Source of the DNA: an uncultured Methanosarcinales archaeon
GTDB taxonomy: Archaea > Nanobdellota > Nanobdellia > Woesearchaeales > DSVV01
Reading direction: 5' to 3'
Length of the DNA stretch: 64,000 nt
Assembly: GCA_964453185.1 (NCBI GenBank)
Contig: CAYVNN010000004.1
Coordinates: 128,706-192,705, forward strand
Every line of letters starts with the position of its first letter. Within the stretch, counting starts at the first letter, position 1. The position numbers were made by a program, and so were the translations under genes. Of this stretch, positions 30,422 to 37,840 are shown one piece after another. The notes beneath the pieces were generated by a model, which did no database searches, was not told where the DNA came from, and saw only the letters and a program-made list of their open reading frames with translations.

Positions 30422-31198
30422 TTACTGTAAACTCGCCTCATCAACTTCTATGTTTTCATTTTCTAACATTGATTTTTTCATTAGAATATTAATCTCACTA
30501 AGATGTTCTTCTTGTTGTAATGCCAATTTTTGTTGGTTTTCTAAATGTAATAAAGGAATAAAAGTATAAATTTTTTCTTCTTTTGAATTTGATTTTAATA
30601 ATTGGTTGAATGTCATCTTTTTTTCTTTTTCGTTTAGGAAGTATGATCTTACTTCATTGTATAAATTTTTAATAACATTTGTAATATCAATTTCTTTTTT
30701 AGGAATTTCAACATGGATTTCTTCTCTATGGTATTTTCTTCTTTTTTTAACATTCAATGCTTTTTGTAACGCATCAACAAGATCATAAACAGACACTTTT
30801 CTTTTTCTTGGTTGTGGGGTTCTTGGTATTAGTCTGTATTTATCATCATTTGGATCAAATGTTCTTCTTTCATCATAATCTCCTGCTTCAAGTTCATCAT
30901 AAAAGTCATCTCCCATGTCTTCAGACATTGCAATTAATCGATCTAATTGACTTAAATCTTCTCCAACTAGTTTATTTGATTTTAATCTTAACATGATAGC
31001 AGCTGCTAAGATGATCTTTCCTGAAATCTTAAAATCCATATCTTTCAATTGTCTAATCATTTCTAGGAATCTTTGAGATAGTTGTGAAATATCAATGTCC
31101 CATGGATCCATCTGTTCAGATCTAACTGCCTCATGGATAATAGACTGCCATGTAACATCATCATCCTTAAACAACATCTCAAATATTTTTTCTTGCAT
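30422..31198 (-). CDS. scpA: Segregation/condensation protein A (kleisin)
   Basis: MDPWDIDI, AAIMLRLKS and TFIPLLHL motifs. Confidence 0.93.
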   Translation of the reverse strand: MQEKIFEMLFKDDDVTWQSIIHEAVRSEQMDPWDIDISQLSQRFLEMIRQLKDMDFKISGKIILAAAIMLRLKSNKLVGEDLSQLDRLIAMSEDMGDDFYDELEAGDYDERRTFDPNDDKYRLIPRTPQPRKRKVSVYDLVDALQKALNVKKRRKYHREEIHVEIPKKEIDITNVIKNLYNEVRSYFLNEKEKKMTFNQLLKSNSKEEKIYTFIPLLHLENQQKLALQQEEHLSEINILMKKSMLENENIEVDEASLQ

Positions 31199-31238
31199 AC
31201 TTTAGAAAGGATTTATATATGTATATAAAGGTATCGGA

Positions 31239-31367
31239 GAGTAGTGTGTTAGGATAGAGATATGAGAATGAATGCACTGGGCAATAATGCGAAGCCACGC
31301 CATCTTTTAGGTAAGCTAAAAGCTGGATCAAAATCTATCGTAGTATCTCATATCTTCGATACTACTC
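31239..31367 (+). ncRNA. Candidate ~130-nt structured ncRNA of unknown family
   Basis: Closing stems GAGTAGTGT/ATACTACTC and GAGATATGAGA/TCTCATATCTT (G-U pairs favour the + strand); inner hairpins; TTTATATA about 27 bp upstream. Confidence 0.55.
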
Positions 31368-31386
31368 AAATTCTAGAAATTAAATA

Positions 31387-31457
31387 TGCACCGGGCGGGA
31401 ATCGAACCCGCGCCTAAGCGTTGGCAACGCCCAATTGTACCATTCAACCACCGGTGC
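31387..31457 (-). tRNA. tRNA-Gly(GCC), intronless
   Basis: GCACCGG/CCGGTGC-A; GGGCG-TTGCCAA-CGCTT; GCGGG-TTCGATT-CCCGC. Confidence 0.96.
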
Positions 31458-31493
31458 TTAGAACGTGTTTATTATTATTTAATACAAAAATAA

Positions 31494-31653
31494 TGGTGGG
31501 CCCACCCGGAATTACGAAACAGGAGATAACTCCTTATTTTCTCGAACCGGGGATCAATGCCTTTCTTTGTGAAATAAATCACTTGTAAGGGCACTGTCAT
31601 AGCTTCTAGCTGCGAGCAAAGTTTCACTTCGCAAGTCACTAGACCATGAGCCC
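31494..31653 (-). tRNA. tRNA-Val(TAC) with three introns (D-loop ~18/19, 37/38, 59/60); CCA encoded
   Basis: GGGCTCA/TGGGCCC-ACCA; spliced GTGCC-CTTACAA-GGCAT; D-loop intron has a clean BHB (CTAG/CTAG); the other two are relaxed BHBs. Confidence 0.88.
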
Positions 31654-31713
31654 ATTATCTAAATCTTTGAATTAAATGCTGTTTTAAATAGTTTTCTGTT
31701 TAAAAAGTAAGAA

Positions 31714-32322
31714 TTATCGACAACCCCACATTTCTGTATATTCAAATTCACCCCCTCTCATTGTTGTATAGCAGTCAGGTGGAGGACTAAATACAGCAGT
31801 GTCTATTCCTTCTCTACATGCTCTTTCATATTGTTCTCGTGTAATGCTTTTATCATCATAATGATGTCTTAGTGCAATTGCACTTAGAGCTATTGTATCA
31901 GTAGGTATTGTTGGATCTCTTCTTTTTGTAGCATTATAATATGAATCAAAACACTGTCTTGTTTCACTATCAAGAGCATTAACCATTTCTCTGTCTTTTT
32001 CTGGAACTTCACATACCTTCCCTTCTTTTGCATCTTGCATACAAACTAGTGTTTCTAATCTTGGAGTTAGTACTCTTGTTCCTTCTGGAATATTTTTACA
32101 GTCAGTTAAAGCACTATTTTGCATATTAAATTCACATAATTCATCATCATGTAGACTACCCATAATAGTGCCGTATGCAAAATGAGCATAATATAATATG
32201 CTTTTCTTGTATCTTTTTAGTATCTCTTGTACTTGTGGACTTGGTTGTTCTTGTGCATATGTTGGATTAACAGTTAATGGAATGACTAGTGCTGCAATAC
32301 TTAGAATTCTTGAAAATCTCAT
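31714..32322 (-). CDS. Secreted Cys-containing hypothetical protein
   Basis: Likely start MRFSRILSIAALVIPLTVNPTYA (signal peptide); lies between tRNA genes. Confidence 0.65.
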   Translation of the reverse strand: MRFSRILSIAALVIPLTVNPTYAQEQPSPQVQEILKRYKKSILYYAHFAYGTIMGSLHDDELCEFNMQNSALTDCKNIPEGTRVLTPRLETLVCMQDAKEGKVCEVPEKDREMVNALDSETRQCFDSYYNATKRRDPTIPTDTIALSAIALRHHYDDKSITREQYERACREGIDTAVFSPPPDCYTTMRGGEFEYTEMWGCR

Positions 32323-32448
32323 ATTATTATATAGTAAGATGTTAGGATATATTAATCTTATGTTTAAATATGGTTTTGTCATCAAAATCTTTATAAATCA
32401 TATATAAACTTCTTTATGTTTAGGACTAAGTGACTTTATTTAATGTTT

Positions 32449-32542
32449 ATATAAATAATGCCGACTCACAAGTTCATCGACATTATTAGACATTAAAAAA
32501 CAAATTTAATCGACTAAAGTCGATGAAATTGCTTTATTTAAT
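32449..32542 (+). mobile_element. Family B element with an extended second hairpin, abutting tRNA-Ile
   Basis: ATAATGCCGA-CTCACAAGTTCA-TCGACATTAT-TAG-ACATT, then a long hairpin containing ATCGAC-TAAA-GTCGAT. Confidence 0.7.
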
Positions 32543-32678
32543 GGGCCTGTAGCTTAGTCTGGTTGGAGCGCTGGTCTTATATGGCTTCGTTTCATACAAG
32601 AAATTGGCTCTGAGTGAGCCAGTGGTCGTGAGAGGTCATCTTTTAGATGATTCACGAATTCAAATCTCATCAGGCCCA
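32543..32678 (+). tRNA. tRNA-Ile(TAT) with two introns (37/38 and 53/54)
   Basis: GGGCCTG/CAGGCCC-A; CTGGT-CTTATAA-GCCAG after splicing; BHB helices CTTA/TGAG and CGTG/CACG. Confidence 0.87.
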
Positions 32679-32740
32679 TTATTTTTTTATATTTAGAGAA
32701 AGATTTAAAAAGGACTACAGAAAACAAGATTATACTTAAA

Positions 32741-32897
32741 GCTCCGTTGGTGTAGTCCGGCCAATCATCCAGGATTTTCGTGGCGATGAATCAAAGATTC
32801 ATGAAGTTTTCGCTTTTCGCCGAAAACATCCTGGGACTCGGGTTCGAATATCAAAAAAGGGTTAAAACCTATTGATTTGAAAGTCCCGGACGGAGCA
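32741..32897 (+). tRNA. tRNA-Glu(TTC) with two introns (37/38 and 59/60)
   Basis: GCTCCGT/ACGGAGC-A; CAGGA-TTTTCGA-TCCTG; BHB helices TTTT/GAAA and TTCG/TGAA. Confidence 0.92.
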
Positions 32898-32922
32898 TTT
32901 ATTATAATATGGTGAAATCATA

Positions 32923-33024
32923 ATGAAAAGAAGTTCAAGACGATGGAAAAAGAAAGGCCAAATGAGATGGAAATGGCAGCGAAAGAGAATGAAGAAGGAA
33001 AAGCGAAGAAGAGCTAAGAAATAA
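32923..33024 (+). CDS. rpl41e: Ribosomal protein L41e
   Basis: Not in the ORF track; MKRSSRRWKKKGQMRWKWQRKRMKKEKRRRAKK; GGTGA RBS. Confidence 0.9.
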   Translation: MKRSSRRWKKKGQMRWKWQRKRMKKEKRRRAKK

Positions 33025-33098
33025 ATAGATTAATCTCTCTTTCTATTCTTATTATATTCAGTTAAATTTATATAACAGATGAAATTCTAATTACTTTT

Positions 33099-33176
33099 AT
33101 GCCAACGTGGCATACTCAAAAAAAGCAATTTTTTTGGTCGCCAAGTTGTCATTCATACATTCATGCCAACGTGGCA
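33099..33176 (+). repeat. 14-bp direct repeat of the tRNA-Ser 5' end flanking a 50-bp spacer
   Basis: ATGCCAACGTGGCA at 33099-33112 and 33163-33176. Confidence 0.85.
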
Positions 33177-33329
33177 CAATCTGGTACTGCGCGGATTCTG
33201 TGATGAGCAGAAGCGTAAGCCTTGAGTGTCTAATCACTTAGGATCAGGTTAGCCCGTTTCCTCACGGATATCCCGGTTCAAATAACAAAAAGGTTCAAAC
33301 CTATTGTTTTGAAAGTCCGGGCGTTGGCG
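33165..33329 (+). tRNA. tRNA-Ser(TGA) with three introns (29/30: 33195-33218; 37/38: 33227-33250; 59/60: 33283-33315)
   Basis: GCCAACG/CGTTGGC-G; spliced CGGGC-CTTGAGA-GCCCG; long variable arm; BHB helices GCGC/GCGT, CTTG/CAGG and TTCA/TGAA. Confidence 0.9.
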
Positions 33330-33397
33330 TCATTTTTAAATCAATAGTATTTCTAGAAAAGAAAATTAAGAATATTAGTTAAGAATTAATTTATTCT

Positions 33398-35230
33398 TTA
33401 ACTTAGGATTACTCCATAAGTAACACTATTATCAAATGGATCACAAAATAAATCAACCTCATTACCATCCCATCTAACATAAGGGTCACAGCCGTAAACA
33501 GGATACCCGTTCACTAGATCACTAGAATAAGTAGTACTCGTCCCAACATAAGAGATATACTCAACATCATTAGATATTCTAGACACCTCATTACAAAATC
33601 CTTCAGGTTGATCTTCATGAGAAGCAATTTCTTCTCTAGAGTAACCCATCAATTGATTTCTGTTAAGGTCAACAAAATGAAATGCATTATCGTTAGGGAA
33701 CAACACCGCTAACCAATTATGACCTGATGTTCCATCAGATGAAACAACTGACCATACACTATCAGAATCAAAACCCATTTTCCTTAACAAAGTTAAACCT
33801 GTCATACTTTTACCGATACAATTACCTGATTCCATAATATTAGACATTACATGAACTGGTTGAGGAGACATCCAACAATAATTTCTATCCATATTATAAT
33901 CGTTAGTCCAGCCAGTACCACTGAAACAATCATTAATACCATTAAATAGATAACCTTCATAATCATTACTTTCCCTTACATCAGAACTATAGCAAGGGGG
34001 TGCTTTACATTCTAAACCTTCAGTGTAAGGACTGTTAGCACCTTCAGTACCACAATAACCATCAGTTTGACAATCATCTCCACCATAGTCATAACGCAAA
34101 TACCTTCTTTCAGGGACAGGGTTAGAACTAGCTTTAATATAATATAATCCACGGCAAGCTGTTAAGTCACCACCATAATAATTGTCAGCTTCATCTCTTG
34201 CCCAATCACAAGTTGAATAATCAGATGATTCGTGGTCATTATTAAACAAGCCTAAACAACAATCAGACGCTTCTTCAACAATGTAATCTAACTCTTCAGA
34301 ACAGATTTCCATAACGTCGCATTTTGGTGCACAGACATCATTACCAAAATAGATGAATGTACCATCACCATTTGGCCAAACATCAGTGCAACCAGAATCT
34401 GAAGGGGCATATTTGCTGTTAGTGTTACAAACAGTATTACACGGTGCACAAGAACCACCACAATCAATCCCTTCTTCATCTTGGTTCTGGATATTATCTG
34501 AACAAGATTCAAAGTCATTTATACTTAAACAATCACAGTTAGGGTCACATCTTAATCCTGATCCACAGATATCACCTGGTTGTTTATCATCACATTTATT
34601 ATCAGCACCACAATCTTCAGAACAGACTGGCTGGCCAACCATTCCATCGACACGATCTTTTATCATTGCAGTGTCCCAAATACAAGTTGAAACAGGAGAA
34701 TCAATTGAACTAGTAGTTTTAGCACCAGACATACTAGCATCTATTATGTCAAGGTACCATTGTCTTCCACCATCATCATCATAATAAACTAATCCAACTG
34801 AATCATAATTATTATGATTGATGTTTAATGTAACTTTTGAACCAATCACTTCAAAGGGGATATATTGAAATATCTCTCCATCTTTTACCAAAACAAAGTT
34901 AGATTCATCCCTATATGTTTTATAATTATCAAACTCAGAACTAGATAAACTGTGCTGGACATAATTACTTAATACTGTACTTTCATAACTAAGATCGCCT
35001 GTTGCAAGTTTTTTTTCTATATCATAATTATCGCTAGTTTCATGATCCATATCTGTTGCTAAATTATCATCAAAATCTTCCAAGCCAAACCCATCTACTT
35101 GGACTGATGTAGCTTCGCCAGCGATGTTTGAATCAGCATCAAAAAAGAATAAAAATAAAGTGCCAATTATCAGAACTGATATTACTAAAATAATTGAATA
35201 ATATTTTTTTAAAGGGGATCTATCTATCAT
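33398..35230 (-). CDS. Membrane-anchored Cys-rich protein with a C-terminal transglutaminase-like domain
   Basis: N-terminal TM; CSDNIQNQDEEGIDCGG module; GNCIGKS...LLR-x-x-G...GHNW...HFVD fits a Cys-His-Asp triad. Confidence 0.75.
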   Translation of the reverse strand: MIDRSPLKKYYSIILVISVLIIGTLFLFFFDADSNIAGEATSVQVDGFGLEDFDDNLATDMDHETSDNYDIEKKLATGDLSYESTVLSNYVQHSLSSSEFDNYKTYRDESNFVLVKDGEIFQYIPFEVIGSKVTLNINHNNYDSVGLVYYDDDGGRQWYLDIIDASMSGAKTTSSIDSPVSTCIWDTAMIKDRVDGMVGQPVCSEDCGADNKCDDKQPGDICGSGLRCDPNCDCLSINDFESCSDNIQNQDEEGIDCGGSCAPCNTVCNTNSKYAPSDSGCTDVWPNGDGTFIYFGNDVCAPKCDVMEICSEELDYIVEEASDCCLGLFNNDHESSDYSTCDWARDEADNYYGGDLTACRGLYYIKASSNPVPERRYLRYDYGGDDCQTDGYCGTEGANSPYTEGLECKAPPCYSSDVRESNDYEGYLFNGINDCFSGTGWTNDYNMDRNYCWMSPQPVHVMSNIMESGNCIGKSMTGLTLLRKMGFDSDSVWSVVSSDGTSGHNWLAVLFPNDNAFHFVDLNRNQLMGYSREEIASHEDQPEGFCNEVSRISNDVEYISYVGTSTTYSSDLVNGYPVYGCDPYVRWDGNEVDLFCDPFDNSVTYGVILS

Positions 35231-35439
35231 CTATCTATCATTAATAGGTTATTGTATTTAAATTTATCTGGATATTTAATAATATTTAAACTCAAGGTAC
35301 TTCTAGCTTAGTAAAAATTAAATAGTTCAATTCCCTTACTTATGTAAACAAAAAAGAAATTCCTACACAGGTTTTAACCATTGGTTCTTTGTTGGGTTTT
35401 GGCGTCATTTTTTTGTATGTAATATTTACTTTATTAAAA

Positions 35440-35549
35440 TTATTAGTACCACAGCGGCTCTGATTCTAAGTGAAATAATAGTGACGCAACATATTTTATT
35501 GCGAATTAATGAGTTATTAGAAAAGGAGTCAAGGTGGTGGTACTAATAA
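35440..35549 (+). repeat. Family A element (divergent interior)
   Basis: TTATTAGTACCAC-AGCGGCTCTG-63 nt-GAGTCAAGGT-G-GTGGTACTAATAA; interior length equals that of sibling copies. Confidence 0.85.
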
Positions 35550-35604
35550 CTTTTTCCATATTTTTTTCAAAAGCTTTAATAAGTTCTAATTATTTAATTG
35601 TCTT

Positions 35605-36078
35605 ATGATAATATTAGAATATATCTTAATATCATTATTAGCTTTTTTAGGATTAATAATAGGGGCAATCCTATCTTTTATTGCACCTGAAGAATTAAAG
35701 CCATTAAAGAAGTATTTTAGATACTTCTATAAAGTTATTATTGCTTTGGTCTTGATTGTATTTATTGTTTTCAAAGGATTAAGTATTTTAACATCTGTTT
35801 TATTGTTATTATTATTTGCATTCTTATTATCAATTGAATCAATGAAACCTGTTATTTATTCAGTTATGCCTTTATTTCTTTATTCATTAGATAATAGACT
35901 TGTTTTGACTGAATCAATATTAGTTTTTATCTTAAGTATTGTTTTAGCAGCAGTGTTTATTGAACCTTTTGAAAAGAAACAACAGGTTAAGAATAAGTTA
36001 ATGGTATTAAGAAAATTATTATGTAAATATTATTACTATGTTTTTGTTGTAATTATTCTTGTTGTTTTAAAGATATAG
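35605..36078 (+). CDS. Hypothetical multi-TM membrane protein
   Basis: Hydrophobic 157-aa ORF with a GAILSFIAPEELKP motif. Confidence 0.75.
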   Translation: MIILEYILISLLAFLGLIIGAILSFIAPEELKPLKKYFRYFYKVIIALVLIVFIVFKGLSILTSVLLLLLFAFLLSIESMKPVIYSVMPLFLYSLDNRLVLTESILVFILSIVLAAVFIEPFEKKQQVKNKLMVLRKLLCKYYYYVFVVIILVVLKI

Positions 36079-36095
36079 AAGATTATGTCTTTTAA

Positions 36096-36205
36096 TTATT
36101 AGCACCACAGCGGCTCTGATATTATGTAATATTATTATGTACATTCCGTATCCTTGCGCTGTTGTAAATTAATTTAGATAGTGAGCCAAGGTGGGTACTT
36201 AATAA
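36096..36205 (+). repeat. Family A element (first of a tandem pair)
   Basis: AGCGGCTCTG-29 nt-GTATCCTTGCG-20 nt-TAGTGAGCCAAGGT; outer stem partly decayed. Confidence 0.88.
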
Positions 36206-36314
36206 GTAATAGTGCCATGGCGACTCTGATTCTATGTGTATATATCTGCTCGTTTCTTATCCTGACGCAATCGTTGTGTAATACGAAGGTGAGTCAAGGC
36301 GATGGCACTATTGC
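36206..36314 (+). repeat. Family A element (second of a tandem pair, compensated core)
   Basis: GTAATAGTGCCAT-GGCGACTCTG-28 nt-TTATCCTGACG-20 nt-GGTGAGTCAAGGC-G-ATGGCACTATTGC; GACTC/GAGTC replaces GGCTC/GAGCC. Confidence 0.88.
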
Positions 36315-36342
36315 TATTACTTTTCTTAATGCTAATAATTTA

Positions 36343-37611
36343 TTACATGTCTTTTAAAATTAATTTAACATCTTTGTTTGTTATGTTAGAAGAAAGTTGT
36401 TCTATGTCCTTTTTTAATGTTTCAACACTATTTTTTTCTTTGAGTTTTTCTAATTTTTCAATATTTTCTTTAATTTTTTCAATCTTTGATAAGAAATGTT
36501 CTTCTCTATATTTTAATTCATTATACTCTTGCATTGCTGTGTCTCCCATAATGCTTCTTTCACATGAAACTCTTTGTTGTTTTATTTCAGAAATATTGTT
36601 TTTGTAATTAATTAAGTATTGTTTATTTAATTCTTCAATTGTTTTTAATGCTCTTTGTTTTTTATCTTCTTTTAGATCTAATGTATTATTACTTAATGCG
36701 TCTTTTAGTTTTAATAATATTTCATGTATCTTTAATTTATTATCATCTATTATTGCATTTACTGGGTTATTTATATATTGGATAATTAATTTTTCATCTA
36801 AACTATCTCTTGAATATTTTTTTAATGCTTTTTCTAAATTATTAAATAAAGAAAATAATTCATTTTCTCTCTGTTTTATCTCTTTTAATATATTCTTTTT
36901 CTCATTTAATTTTTTCTTTAATCTTAAATAACCTGGACTCTCTTCTGTTTTTCCTAATTTTTTATTATATTTCTCAATTCTTTCTGAGTATTCTTTTTCT
37001 GTTAATTTATTCGTTTTAATATCATGGTCAATCTCAGAAATAATTTTTAATTTTTCTTTAATTTCACTAGATTTTTCAATTATATTTTTTATTGCATTAA
37101 TACTATTCTTATTTGTTAATCTGTTTAATTCATTTGCATGTTTGTCTATGTTTTTAATGTTTAATGCAATATTTTGAGATTCGTTTGCAAAGAATTGTTG
37201 TAAAACATAGTATGCTCTTGCAGTTGATTTATTATAATCTTCTATTTCTCTTGAATAATTTGTGTAAAATATTTTTGCAGATTCAAAGTCTGTTTTGTTT
37301 GATAGTAAGGAATCAAGTAACAAATTTGTTCTTTTTATATAAGCATCTCTATTGCCTTGCATCATGTGTTTTGCTTTTAATGGTATCTTTGAATTCCTTA
37401 ATGATGCATTTTCTAGTAATGTTAGATTCTTTTTTGCAATGAAAACAATTTCACTTATTTTTTCAAACTGTTCTTTTATGCCTGTTTCAATATCTTCATC
37501 TGATTCAGGAGAATTTTGTTTTAACCAATCTTCAAGTTCTTTAAGTTTAACATAAACCTCTTCTAATGGTTCTTCTTCTTTTTTGAATAGGTTTTTAATG
37601 AATTCTAGCAT
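36343..37611 (-). CDS. Hypothetical coiled-coil protein
   Basis: 422-aa K/E-rich helical ORF. Confidence 0.75.
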   Translation of the reverse strand: MLEFIKNLFKKEEEPLEEVYVKLKELEDWLKQNSPESDEDIETGIKEQFEKISEIVFIAKKNLTLLENASLRNSKIPLKAKHMMQGNRDAYIKRTNLLLDSLLSNKTDFESAKIFYTNYSREIEDYNKSTARAYYVLQQFFANESQNIALNIKNIDKHANELNRLTNKNSINAIKNIIEKSSEIKEKLKIISEIDHDIKTNKLTEKEYSERIEKYNKKLGKTEESPGYLRLKKKLNEKKNILKEIKQRENELFSLFNNLEKALKKYSRDSLDEKLIIQYINNPVNAIIDDNKLKIHEILLKLKDALSNNTLDLKEDKKQRALKTIEELNKQYLINYKNNISEIKQQRVSCERSIMGDTAMQEYNELKYREEHFLSKIEKIKENIEKLEKLKEKNSVETLKKDIEQLSSNITNKDVKLILKDM

Positions 37612-37651
37612 GGGAATATAGAAATATAATTGATTTATATAGTTTATGTAG

Positions 37652-37778
37652 TAAATACACTAGTAGGCCGTTCACTACGCAGATTTCTCTATTTAATTTG
37701 TTTCTAAAGAAATCTGTTCCTCATTGTTTTAAAAATGACAAATGCTTCATTCACCTTAAGGCCAAGCTAGTGTATTTA
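37652..37778. repeat. Family C structured intergenic element (copy 2)
   Basis: TAAATACACTAG-TA-GGCC...GGCC-AAG-CTAGTGTATTTA; internal hairpin CAGATTTCT/AGAAATCTG; GTTCACTAC, TTCCTC and GCTTCA motifs. Confidence 0.65.
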
Positions 37779-37840
37779 TTTTATACTCAAAGCATTAATT
37801 TATGCTTTTCGTAATAAACAGAAAGCAAAAAATAATTGAA

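Noticed and set aside
31275..31303. GGGCAATAATGCGAAGCC as an HDV-like/theta ribozyme core near tRNA-Gly
   Set aside because: No upstream P2 partner and no P3/L3 (TCC) element could be found
31239..31367. 5S rRNA, SRP RNA or RNase P RNA identity for the orphan RNA
   Set aside because: The diagnostic motifs of each are absent, and the nested helix layout does not fit 5S
32591..32597. TTCATA inside the tRNA-Ile intron as the true CAT anticodon
   Set aside because: It lies in the intron loop; the canonical BHB places the anticodon at TAT
36096..36314. Tandem family A copies as a CRISPR or TIGR-like array
   Set aside because: Only two adjacent units; the repeats are not identical; the variable parts retain mutual similarity; no cas or Nop-domain gene in the window
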